Source of the DNA: an uncultured Myxococcales bacterium
Lineage (GTDB): Bacteria > Myxococcota_A > Polyangia > Polyangiales > Polyangiaceae
Assembly: GCA_937902985.1 (NCBI GenBank)
Contig: CALFNG010000206.1
Coordinates: 3,097-67,096 of the forward strand
Length of the DNA stretch: 64,000 bases
Reading direction: 5' to 3'
Made by a program: the position numbers and the translations under genes
Notes under the pieces: generated by a model
The model's database searches: none
What the model was told of the DNA's origin: nothing
Seen by the model: the letters and a program-made list of their open reading frames with translations, nothing else
Part shown: positions 55,114-63,606 of the stretch, one piece after another
Layout of the letters: every line of letters starts with the position of its first letter
Position numbering within the stretch: the first letter of the stretch is position 1

Positions 55114-57191
55114 TGAGCGAACACAGGTGTCGGCGCGAGGCGCTCGAGCACGTTGATGGGCGTGCTGGAGTCAATCTCGCGAAACGAGACGACCGCGAGT
55201 TGCGGGATTTTGCGCTCGAGGATTGCGCGCACGTAGCGGCGCAGATCCGGAGAGGTCACGACGAGCGGCGTCGCGGAGATCGCGCTGAACTTCTTCATCG
55301 CCTGCTCTGCGGTCGCCGTCACGTTGCGGAGCATCTCGGGGTCCACGGCCCCGCCCGATCCCGACGCGATTTCGCGGAGGGAACGACGCAACACCTCTTC
55401 GAGGCGAGGGTCGAGCGTCAAGGCGGCGATGGTACCGTCCGCTCCTTTGACGCGTGAGGTGATGTGCGGCGAGAGACGCTCGCGAACGAGCTCGGTCAGT
55501 TGCTCGACGTCTTTGGTCGTCGAAGAGAGCTCAGCGAGCGCCTCGAGGATGGTGCGCAGGTCCCGTATCGAGATGCTCTCACGAACGAGATTGCGAAGAA
55601 TCCGGGACACGTCACCGAGGGAGAGCAAATTCGGAACCAGGTCGTCCGTAACTTTGGGGGCGGTCCTGGCGATCACGTCGATCAGGTGCTGGACCTCCTG
55701 GCGGCCTAGGAGCTTGTGGGCATTCGTCCGCAGAAGCTCCCCGAGGTGAGTCGCGACGACCGTGGCGTGGTCGACGACCGTGTAACCGAGCGCCTCTGCC
55801 ATCTCCTTGTCGCGCACGGCGATCCACCGCGCGGGCATGCCGAACGTGGGCTCGATCGTCCGCTCTCCTTCGATGGGCGGCGCGGAGCCGGAGGGGTCGA
55901 CCGCGAGGAGCCGGCTGGCCCGGCACACTCCCTTGCCGACCTCGTTGCCCGAGACGAGGACGCGATACGCCCCAGGCGCAAGTTGGAGATTGTCGCAGAC
56001 GTGCACCGGGGGCATCACGACCCCAAGATCTTTCGCGAGTTGCTGGCGGAGCGACGCGACTCGGTCGAGGAGCGTCCCGCCGCGCGCCACGTCGACCAGA
56101 CCGACGAGCTCGTACCCGACTTCGAGCGAGAGCAGATCGACCGACAGGGCCGCGTCGACTTCGGCCGCCGAGCGCTTCGGATCGTTGGCGGGGTCGACGG
56201 TCAAGGCGGCGACGACCTCGGCGGGCTTCAGCGCGCGCTTGCGGACCGCGAAAACCATGCCGCCAGCCAGCAGCAAGCAGGGAAAGAGCGGCATGCCCGG
56301 CATGAGGCCGAGCCCCACCAAGATCGCGGCGGTCATCATGACGGGTCGTCGCCGCCCCAGCAGCTGTGCGCCCACGGCTCGGCCGATCTGATCGCCGGTG
56401 GCGCTTCGCGTCGCCACGATGCCGGCCGCGGCGGAGATGAGGAGCGCCGGGATCTGGGACACGAGGGCGTCTCCGACGCTGAGGACCGAGAACGTCTCGG
56501 CGGCCTTGGAGAGGTCCATTCCGTGGGCTATGCCGAGAATGAGGCCGCCGATCAGGTTGATTGCCGTGATCATCAGGCCCGCGATGGCGTCGCCGTGGAC
56601 GAACTTGCTGGCGCCGTCCATGGCGCCGTAGAAGTCGGCCTCGCGTTCGAGGCTCTTTCGGCGAGAGCGGCCCTGGTCCGACGTCAGGGCACCCGAGGAC
56701 ACGTCGGCGTCGATCGCCATCTGCTTGCCGGGCATGGCGTCGAGGAAGAAGCGCGCGGCCACCTCGGCGACGCGGCCGGCGCCCTTCGTCACGACAATGA
56801 AGTTGATGACCGCGAGAATGAGGAAGACGACCAGGCCGACGAGCACGTTGCCCTCGACGACGAAGCGGCCGAACGCCTCCACGACCGAGCCCGCGGCTCC
56901 GGAACCTTCGCCGCCGTGCAGCAGGATCAAGCGGGTCGTCGCGACGTTGAGGCTCAGTCGCAAGAGCGTCGCGATGAGCACGATCGACGGGAACGCGCTG
57001 AACTCGAGCGCCTCTTCGATGAAGAGCGCCGTCAAGAAGACGCCGATCGCGAGCGCCAGCGAGAACGAGAGCAGGATGTCGAGGAGGAATGGCGGTACCG
57101 GCAACACCATCATCAAGACGATGCCGATGATCCCCAGCGGGACGATGACGTCCCACGACCCCGCGCGCGGCTTTGCGGCTACGGCGCTCAT
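55110..57191 (-). CDS. flhA: Flagellar export apparatus protein FlhA
   Basis: 693 aa: VAEVAARFFLDAMPGKQMAIDAD, READFYGAMDGASKFVHGDAIAG and a cytoplasmic domain with ...VVDHATVVATHL.E....A..LLGRQEVQ.L. Confidence 0.95.
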   Translation of the reverse strand: MSAVAAKPRAGSWDVIVPLGIIGIVLMMVLPVPPFLLDILLSFSLALAIGVFLTALFIEEALEFSAFPSIVLIATLLRLSLNVATTRLILLHGGEGSGAAGSVVEAFGRFVVEGNVLVGLVVFLILAVINFIVVTKGAGRVAEVAARFFLDAMPGKQMAIDADVSSGALTSDQGRSRRKSLEREADFYGAMDGASKFVHGDAIAGLMITAINLIGGLILGIAHGMDLSKAAETFSVLSVGDALVSQIPALLISAAAGIVATRSATGDQIGRAVGAQLLGRRRPVMMTAAILVGLGLMPGMPLFPCLLLAGGMVFAVRKRALKPAEVVAALTVDPANDPKRSAAEVDAALSVDLLSLEVGYELVGLVDVARGGTLLDRVASLRQQLAKDLGVVMPPVHVCDNLQLAPGAYRVLVSGNEVGKGVCRASRLLAVDPSGSAPPIEGERTIEPTFGMPARWIAVRDKEMAEALGYTVVDHATVVATHLGELLRTNAHKLLGRQEVQHLIDVIARTAPKVTDDLVPNLLSLGDVSRILRNLVRESISIRDLRTILEALAELSSTTKDVEQLTELVRERLSPHITSRVKGADGTIAALTLDPRLEEVLRRSLREIASGSGGAVDPEMLRNVTATAEQAMKKFSAISATPLVVTSPDLRRYVRAILERKIPQLAVVSFREIDSSTPINVLERLAPTPVFAQ

Positions 57192-58267
57192 GCCGCCCTC
57201 TTGCCCGATCCCCTGGGTACTCCGCGAAGGCGAAAGACGAAGGCGAGGATGCGCGCCACGGCCGCGAAGTGCGCCGCGGGCACGGGCCGCCCGATCTGGA
57301 CCTCTGCGTCGAGGGCGCGTGCGAGGGCGCGGTTCTCGAGGATCGGGATGCCGTACTTTCGGGCTTCGGCTCGGATCTGGAGCGCCACGTCGTCGTGCCC
57401 CTTGGCCACGACGATGGGCGCCGGGTCGAAGGCGGCGTACCGCAACGCGACGGCCACGTGGGTCGGGTTGGCGACTACGACGCTCGCCTGCTTGACGTTG
57501 CTGAGCGACCGCTTTCGCGCGATGGCTCGCGCACGCTGGCGCATGCGCATCTTGACCTTGGGGTCACCGTCCGTCGATTTCGATTCGTCCATGACCTCCT
57601 TGCGCGTCATCATCATCTCTTTGCCGAGGAAGAATCGGCTCTGCGCGTAGTCGACGACCGCCACGCAGGCGAGCGATCCGAGCGCGGTCAGCACGACCCG
57701 GACGACGGAATCGAAGAGGCGACGCCCGCCCACGTCGATGCCGAGCCGGCACAAACCGAACATCGAGGGAAGCTCGATGATGAGCGCCCGATACGTGGCG
57801 TAGCCCACGAGCGCGACTCGAAGCATGTTGAGAAGCGCTTGCGTCGTGCCTTTCTTGGGCGAGAACAGCTGCTGCAGCTTCGGGAAGGGATTGAGGCGCT
57901 CGGGTTTGAACGAGATCGCGTCGAAGTTCACGTGGATCCCGGACTGGGCGATGGACACGGCGGTGGACGCGAGGGCGCCCGCGACCATCGCGGGCATCGC
58001 GAGCACGAACATGACGGCCGAGACCGACTGCAGGACCCCGTCGAAGTCGCTGCGCGCGATCGCGGTGAGGTCGCCGTGGCAGCGGACGAAGAGCAGGTGA
58101 ATCGCGTACCCTGCCTCGTCGTGCGACGCGGCGATGACGCCGAGGACGGCCGCCGCCCCCACGACGCCGCCGATGTCTTTCGACTGGGCGAACCGACCTT
58201 GCTTGACGAACTGTTCGCGGCGTTGCGGCGTCGGATCGAAGGTCTTCTCGCCAAGCTCGTCGCTCAC
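57188..58267 (-). CDS. flhB: Flagellar export apparatus protein FlhB
   Basis: (M)SDELGEKTFDPTPQRREQ..KQG....SKD, MTRKEVMDESKSTDGDPKVK.R.RQ and the NPTH autocleavage site (VVVANPTHVAVAL). GTG 58267 overlaps the fliR stop (GTGA). Confidence 0.9.
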   Translation of the reverse strand: MSDELGEKTFDPTPQRREQFVKQGRFAQSKDIGGVVGAAAVLGVIAASHDEAGYAIHLLFVRCHGDLTAIARSDFDGVLQSVSAVMFVLAMPAMVAGALASTAVSIAQSGIHVNFDAISFKPERLNPFPKLQQLFSPKKGTTQALLNMLRVALVGYATYRALIIELPSMFGLCRLGIDVGGRRLFDSVVRVVLTALGSLACVAVVDYAQSRFFLGKEMMMTRKEVMDESKSTDGDPKVKMRMRQRARAIARKRSLSNVKQASVVVANPTHVAVALRYAAFDPAPIVVAKGHDDVALQIRAEARKYGIPILENRALARALDAEVQIGRPVPAAHFAAVARILAFVFRLRGVPRGSGKRAA

Positions 58268-59046
58268 GGTGCCCTCCCGTCGGCGCCGACGAAGAGCACG
58301 TCGAGCCAGCCCGACAGCGACTCGAAGTGGAGAAGCAGCCCGCCCCCGATGTCGCGCACGCACGAGAGAAGCACGACGGATCCGGTGAGCAGCAGGACCG
58401 TGAAACCGACGCTGAAGATCTGGAGGCTGGGCGCGGCCCGCGCCGTCATCGCGAGCCCGACCTGTACGATGAGCGCCACGCCCACGACCGGCATGGCGAG
58501 CTGCAGTCCCGCGTAGAACGAAAGAATGGCGACGTCGACGAGCACCATGGCGCTCGCCGGCGAGAACGAGACCATGCCGACCGGAAGCGCGCGAAACGAG
58601 GCCAGCAGGTAAGCGAGCGCCACGCGATGCACGCCCGCGCTCACTGCGAGCAAGAGCGCCAGGAGCGTCACGATACGAGCGACGATCGTGTCTTGCGCTT
58701 CGACGGTCGGGTTCAAGACGGACGCCGAGGACAGCCCCATCGCCTGCGAGAGGAAGCTGCCGGCCATGTCGGCGGCAGAAAGGATCAGGCGAAAGGTGAT
58801 CCCGATCGCGAGGCCGCACGCCATCTCGAGCGCGGCGGAGACGAAGAACGCGAGCCCGATGTCCTGAGGCGCGTGGCTCGAGACGGCGAAGATGCTCGTC
58901 ACCCACGAGAGGCCGACGACGAGCCCGACCCGCTGCGTCGGTCCGACGAACGCGCCGGGGAACGGCGAGCTGACGACGAAGCCCCCGATCCTGCACGCCA
59001 CGAGGGCCCAGGTGATCGCCTGACCAAGTGCGATCGCCTGCAGCAT
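58264..59046 (-). CDS. fliR: Flagellar export apparatus protein FliR
   Basis: 260 aa, polytopic: RIGGFVVSSPFPG.......RV....L and MPVVGVALIVQVGLAMTARAAPSLQIFSVGF. Confidence 0.85.
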   Translation of the reverse strand: MLQAIALGQAITWALVACRIGGFVVSSPFPGAFVGPTQRVGLVVGLSWVTSIFAVSSHAPQDIGLAFFVSAALEMACGLAIGITFRLILSAADMAGSFLSQAMGLSSASVLNPTVEAQDTIVARIVTLLALLLAVSAGVHRVALAYLLASFRALPVGMVSFSPASAMVLVDVAILSFYAGLQLAMPVVGVALIVQVGLAMTARAAPSLQIFSVGFTVLLLTGSVVLLSCVRDIGGGLLLHFESLSGWLDVLFVGADGRAP

Positions 59047-59315
59047 CAACGTACCACGTGCTCGATCGAGGCGATGCTGTCGCGCGTGTACATGATCATG
59101 CGCGCCGCGAGCGCGGGCCCGATGGCCAGGAGGACCATCATCACGGCACCGACCTTCACGATGAAGCTGACGCTCGCCTCGTTGATCTGGGTCGCTGCCT
59201 GCATGACGCCGACGAGGACGCCGGCGACCAAGGAGGCCATCAAGATCGGTCCGCTGACGAAGATCGCCACCTGGAGGAGGGTCGAGAAGAGCTCGAGCGC
59301 GTGGTCGGGACTCAA
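59046..59315 (-). CDS. fliQ: Flagellar export apparatus protein FliQ
   Basis: 89 aa: GPILMASLVAGVLVGVMQAATQINEASVSFIVKV. Confidence 0.9.
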   Translation of the reverse strand: MSPDHALELFSTLLQVAIFVSGPILMASLVAGVLVGVMQAATQINEASVSFIVKVGAVMMVLLAIGPALAARMIMYTRDSIASIEHVVR

Positions 59316-59965
59316 GCAAAGCTCCGGAGCAGAGAACCCACGAGCAGATGCCAGCCGTCGACGACCGCGAAGAGCATGAGCTTGATCGGCAAGCTGATCG
59401 TGGACGGCGGGACCATCATCATTCCCAGCGACATCAAGATCGAGGACACGGCGAGGTCGATGACGAGGAAGGGCAGGAGCACGAGCACGCCCATCTGGAA
59501 CGCGGTCGTGAGCTCGCTCACGATGAAGGCCGGCGCCGCGATGCGAAGCGGCACCTCCTCCTCGGTCTTCGGGAACGGCAGGTGAGCCGCGTCATAGAAG
59601 AGCGCCAGATCGCTCTCCCGGGTTTGCCGGAGCATGAAGGCGCGCAGCGGGACGGTGGCGCGCTCGTACGCCTGACCCTCGTTGATCTGCCCCGCCGTGT
59701 ACGGTTCCCAAGCGTCCTGGGCGATCGCCGAGGCCACGGGCCCCATCGTGAAGATCGTGAGAAAGAGCGCGATTCCGACCAGCACCTGGTTCGGCGGCGT
59801 GGTCTGGGTGCCGATGCCTTGACGGACGAACGACAGCACAATGACCGAGCGCGTGAACGACGTCATCGTCAAGACGATGGCCGGCAACAGCGAGAGGAGC
59901 GTCAGCAGCGCGAGGAGCTTGAGCTGCGGCGCCAAGCCGGGTTCGTTGAGGAGACCCAGGTTCAC
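59312..59965 (-). CDS. fliP: Flagellar export apparatus protein FliP
   Basis: LTLLSLLPAIVLTMTSFTRSVIVLSFVRQGIGTQTTPPNQVL, FI.SEL..AFQMG and PPSTISLPIKLMLFAVVDGW. Confidence 0.9.
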   Translation of the reverse strand: MNLGLLNEPGLAPQLKLLALLTLLSLLPAIVLTMTSFTRSVIVLSFVRQGIGTQTTPPNQVLVGIALFLTIFTMGPVASAIAQDAWEPYTAGQINEGQAYERATVPLRAFMLRQTRESDLALFYDAAHLPFPKTEEEVPLRIAAPAFIVSELTTAFQMGVLVLLPFLVIDLAVSSILMSLGMMMVPPSTISLPIKLMLFAVVDGWHLLVGSLLRSFA

Positions 59966-60513
59966 GAGCGCTCACCGTGGCCGAGCAGCCCGCGCGCCTG
60001 ACCCTCGACCGTGTCGATGTCCAGAGCGCTCGCCCGTGACGATCGCCGCGCCTGCGCGGGCGAGACGGCCTTGGCCTCGACGGCCGCGTCTTCCGTCGCG
60101 GGGTCGGCGATGATGTAGAGGTTCTGGACGCTCTGCGGCGTGACCCCGAGGAGCAGTCGCTGTCCCTCGATCTCGACGAGCAGGAGCTCGCATCGAGGTC
60201 CCGCGACCGTCCGACCGAGGATGCGCAGCTCGGGGATGCGCTTGTCGGTGCTACGGCCGCCTCGCTTCTTCCAGATCCACGCGCCGCCCCCCGCCGCAGC
60301 GACGAGGGCGAAGAGCTTCCAACCGAGACTGGTCGACGCGGGTGCGGGTTCGAGTGTCAAGGGCACACTCGGTCGCACAGGCAGCGGCGTCGAGACGGCA
60401 GTAGCCGCGGGAGGGGCGGGGGCGTCCGGGGCCGGGTCGGCCGCCGCCGGGCGCGTCAACGACGTGGCGAAGAGCGCCAGGGAGATGACGCCCCACGCGC
60501 GGGGCCCGATCAC
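59962..60513 (-). CDS. fliO: FliO-like flagellar biosynthesis protein
   Basis: Positional (between fliN and fliP). It has a single TM helix (WKLFALVAAAGGGAWIW) followed by LRILGRTVAGPRCELLLVEIEGQRLLLGVTPQSVQNL. Confidence 0.6.
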   Translation of the reverse strand: MIGPRAWGVISLALFATSLTRPAAADPAPDAPAPPAATAVSTPLPVRPSVPLTLEPAPASTSLGWKLFALVAAAGGGAWIWKKRGGRSTDKRIPELRILGRTVAGPRCELLLVEIEGQRLLLGVTPQSVQNLYIIADPATEDAAVEAKAVSPAQARRSSRASALDIDTVEGQARGLLGHGERS

Positions 60514-60851
60514 GAGTGGTCCCCGCCGACGGGAGCCACGATCTCCGTGATCCGGACTCCGTAGCGATCGCCGACGACGACCGCCTCTCCGCGACCGAGC
60601 AGCTTGCCGTTCACGAAGATGTCGAGCGGTTCACCCGCGGCCTTCTGGAGTTCGAGCGTCTGGCCGGTAGAGAGCTTGAGAACCTCGGCGATGCGCATTC
60701 GCCGTCGCCCGATCTCGAGCGTGATTTCGACCTCGACGTCGCGCAGGAGGTGCATCGCGCCGACGCTGGCCGGAGCCGCAGCCCCCGAACCCGATGGAGT
60801 GTCCGAAACAGGGGTGGCGGCGGGCGACGAGTTGCTGGGCGGTTGGTTCAT
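60510..60851 (-). CDS. fliN: Flagellar motor switch protein FliN
   Basis: LLRDVEVEITLEIGRRRMRIAEVLKLSTGQTLELQKAAGEPLDIFVNGKLLGRGEAVVVGDRYGVRITEI (SpoA domain). Confidence 0.85.
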   Translation of the reverse strand: MNQPPSNSSPAATPVSDTPSGSGAAAPASVGAMHLLRDVEVEITLEIGRRRMRIAEVLKLSTGQTLELQKAAGEPLDIFVNGKLLGRGEAVVVGDRYGVRITEIVAPVGGDHS

Positions 60852-60875
60852 GGCGACCTTTCGCCATGCTCCTCT

Positions 60876-61730
60876 TCAACCTTCGTGCCCGCTGATCCTC
60901 ACGGCAATTCGCCCGCTCGACGTCGTCGGCCGTCCGCGAAGAAGCTCGCAATCCTCGGCCCGCACGACCACCGTTCCGTTGACCGGCACGTCCAGCCGTA
61001 GCGTGTCTCCGACCTTGAGCGCGGCCACCTTACCCAGGCGCATCGAAAGGCGGCCCAGGTCGACGACGAGATCGAGCTCGACGCCCTCGAGCACCGCGGC
61101 GATGCGCGCATCGGGTCCGCTGGCAGAGGGCGGCTCGGACTGATCGACGGCGGCGAGCAAGACCTCTTTCGGTAAGAGCAAGATGGCGCGGCCGACCTGC
61201 TCGCCTTCGCCGAACTCGAGGACGCACGCGATCGGCGCGCTCTCGGCGGTGGCCTCGTCCACGCCGGCGGTCCGGCACTCGAGCTGAACTCCGATGGCCG
61301 GCGAAAGCGCTTCGGAGATCGCGCGGACCATGCTGTTCGCGAGCCCCGTGATCAGGGCCGACTGCGGCCCCGATAGGCCGACCGGGTTCAAGACGGGCAG
61401 CTGGCCATGTCCGCCGAGGACACCGTCGAGGAACATCGCGATCGCGGTCGCGTCGAGCAAGAGCGCGCCGTGTGCGCTGCCAGGCGTAGTGACGACGTGC
61501 GTGGCGTGGAGCGGTCGCCGGATGCCATCGAGGAGCTCGGCGACGGGCATCGCTCGTGCGTAAGCGAGCGTGATTGGAACGCCGCGTCGGGAGAGAAAAG
61601 GGACGGCGCGCTTGATCGCTGCCGCCAGCCGCGGGCTCTCGCGCTCGAGAACGGCGGAGGCCTTCCGCACGCGCTCGCCTTCGAGCGCGAATCGGAAGAG
61701 CTGCACGCGTTCCGGCGCCGCCTCGGTCAT
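60876..61730 (-). CDS. fliM: Flagellar motor switch protein FliM-like, short, lacking the N-terminal CheY-P-binding peptide
   Basis: The middle domain has GALLLDATAIAMFLDGVLGGHG...LSGPQSALI. The C-terminal SpoA-like part reads VELDLVVDLGRLSMRLGKVAALKVGDTLRLD. The N-terminus is MTEAAPERVQLFRF with no LSQxEIDxLL. ATG 61730 overlaps the fliL stop (ATGA). Confidence 0.7.
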   Translation of the reverse strand: MTEAAPERVQLFRFALEGERVRKASAVLERESPRLAAAIKRAVPFLSRRGVPITLAYARAMPVAELLDGIRRPLHATHVVTTPGSAHGALLLDATAIAMFLDGVLGGHGQLPVLNPVGLSGPQSALITGLANSMVRAISEALSPAIGVQLECRTAGVDEATAESAPIACVLEFGEGEQVGRAILLLPKEVLLAAVDQSEPPSASGPDARIAAVLEGVELDLVVDLGRLSMRLGKVAALKVGDTLRLDVPVNGTVVVRAEDCELLRGRPTTSSGRIAVRISGHEG

Positions 61731-62227
61731 TGGACCACGAGGTCGGTGATGAGGATGCGCTCGGCAGCCGTGGCGCCCGATGCACGGACCCGGTCGAGGA
61801 TATCGGCGCGAAACTTCTCGGTCTTGGTGCTATCGAGCGCGTCTTCGTAGGGAATCAGACGCAGATAGCTGAGGGCCGCGTCGCGTATTCGGGGCGTGAA
61901 GCTCTTCAGCGTCTCCTCCTTGGCCGTCTCGTTGAATTCGATCGCTAGCGTGACTTTCATCGGGTGCGACTTCTTGTTCACGTCTTGCGTGAGCACCAGG
62001 AACGGCTCGAGGGGAACGGTCGGTCCTGGAGGAGGAATCGCCGCCGCGACGTGCTCCGCGACGGCGGGCGCTCCGCCGGCCGCCGCCGCGTGAGCGGCCG
62101 AGAACTTGGCGCCGCCGAAGGCCGCCGCTCCAGCCAGGAGGGCGGGGAGCAAGAGAGCGAGAGGGCTCGGCCCACCCTTCTTGCCGTCGGCCGGCGCGTC
62201 GTTCTTGGTTTTCTTTTCTTCCGTCAT
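61727..62227 (-). CDS. fliL: Flagellar basal-body-associated protein FliL
   Basis: A TM helix, then LEPFLVLTQDVNKKSHPMKVTLAIEF.......L....PRIRDAALSYL.........K...R..I.......A....I..ILITDLVVQ. The start is at ATG 62227. Confidence 0.7.
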   Translation of the reverse strand: MTEEKKTKNDAPADGKKGGPSPLALLLPALLAGAAAFGGAKFSAAHAAAAGGAPAVAEHVAAAIPPPGPTVPLEPFLVLTQDVNKKSHPMKVTLAIEFNETAKEETLKSFTPRIRDAALSYLRLIPYEDALDSTKTEKFRADILDRVRASGATAAERILITDLVVQ

Positions 62228-62288
62228 GGAGAGGCCCGGTCCGATCAAAAACGTGTCGCAAAGCGTGAGCTTGGGAGTCTCCGCGAGA

Positions 62289-63587
62289 TCACTGCTTCAT
62301 CTGCATCAGCGCCTGGAGCATCTGATCGGCGGTGGTGATCGTCTTCGAATCGGCCTGGAAGGAGGCCTGGTGAGCGATGAGATCGACGAACTGAGCCGAG
62401 ATGTCGACGTTCGAGCTCTCGAGAGACCCGGTCACGATCGCTGCGCGACCGCCCGAGCCAGCGGCGCCGAGCGCCGGAAGCCCCGAGTCCTTAGTTGCCG
62501 CCCAGAGGTTCTGCCCGGCCTGCCCGAGGCCCGTATTCGAGGTGAACTTGGCGACCGCGAGCTGACCGACGGGGATCGTCTGCCCATTCGTATAGGTGCC
62601 ACTCACGGTGCCCGTGCCGTCGATCGAGATCCCGGTGAGCGCGCCGGACGAATACCCGTCCTGGCTTTGCGCCGAGACGGAGCTCGCCGCGCTGTATTGC
62701 GTCGTCCCGTCGAGGCCCGTGCCGCCGTCGGCGATTGGCGTACCGAAATTGAACGTCAGGGGCTGGTTCGCGGTCGCCCCGTTGAAGCTCACGGTGCCGC
62801 CGCTCGTGGGAGCGTTGCTTTGCAGCGCGCCCGAGCTGGTGAACGACAGGCTCCCCGTGGCGATCTCGCTGTTCTGGCCCGCTGTTCCGCCCGTGACCTC
62901 GGAGCCGCTGGCGAGCACGTGGTAGTCCCACGTGCCGGAGCCGGCGGCGCCGGTCTTCGCGAAGAAGACGTTGACCGTGTGTGCGGTCCCGAGCGAGTCG
63001 TAGATCTGCATGCTCGTCGAGTAGTTGCTCGTCGTACCGGGATTCAGCGGGTCGAACGCTGCAACGGGGGTCGCCTGGCTCGAGTCGAGGTTCGCCGTCA
63101 TGCTGAGCGACGTCGTCGTCTTCGGGCTGAGCGCCGAAGTGTTCACCTTCATGGGCCCCATCGTCGTCGAGAAGGTCCCGTCGGGATTGGCCGGATAGCC
63201 TTGAAACGCGAGTCCGTCGGGGTTGACGAGCGTGCCGGTCTTGTCGAGCGAGGTCTGGCCGGCTCGCGTGTAGAAGTTGCCTGTCTGTCCGCCAACGCCA
63301 CCGTTCACCACGAAGAAGCCGTCGCCCGACAGCGCCACGTCGGTGGAGAGGCCGGTGTTCGAGAGCGCTCCCTCCGAGAAGATTTGCTGCGCTGTCGACA
63401 TCCGGACGCCCTGTCCGATGGCCCCCTCGGTTCCCACCGAGGCTCCGAGGACGTTGTCGAAGACCGCTCGCGACTCCTTGAACCCGATGGTGTTCGAGTT
63501 CGCGAGGTTGTTTCCGATGACGCCGAGCGCCTCTCCCTCGGCATCGAGGCCCGAGACGCCCGTGGACATTGCAGTGAGAATCGACAT
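62289..63587 (-). CDS. flgE: Flagellar hook protein FlgE
   Basis: MSILTAMSTGVSGLDAEGEALGVIGNNLANSNTIGFK, GDGFFVV and the C-terminus GSLESSNVDISAQFVDLIAHQASFQADSKTITTADQMLQALMQM. Confidence 0.85.
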   Translation of the reverse strand: MSILTAMSTGVSGLDAEGEALGVIGNNLANSNTIGFKESRAVFDNVLGASVGTEGAIGQGVRMSTAQQIFSEGALSNTGLSTDVALSGDGFFVVNGGVGGQTGNFYTRAGQTSLDKTGTLVNPDGLAFQGYPANPDGTFSTTMGPMKVNTSALSPKTTTSLSMTANLDSSQATPVAAFDPLNPGTTSNYSTSMQIYDSLGTAHTVNVFFAKTGAAGSGTWDYHVLASGSEVTGGTAGQNSEIATGSLSFTSSGALQSNAPTSGGTVSFNGATANQPLTFNFGTPIADGGTGLDGTTQYSAASSVSAQSQDGYSSGALTGISIDGTGTVSGTYTNGQTIPVGQLAVAKFTSNTGLGQAGQNLWAATKDSGLPALGAAGSGGRAAIVTGSLESSNVDISAQFVDLIAHQASFQADSKTITTADQMLQALMQMKQ

Positions 63588-63606
63588 GGTTTTCTCCGAT
63601 TACCTT

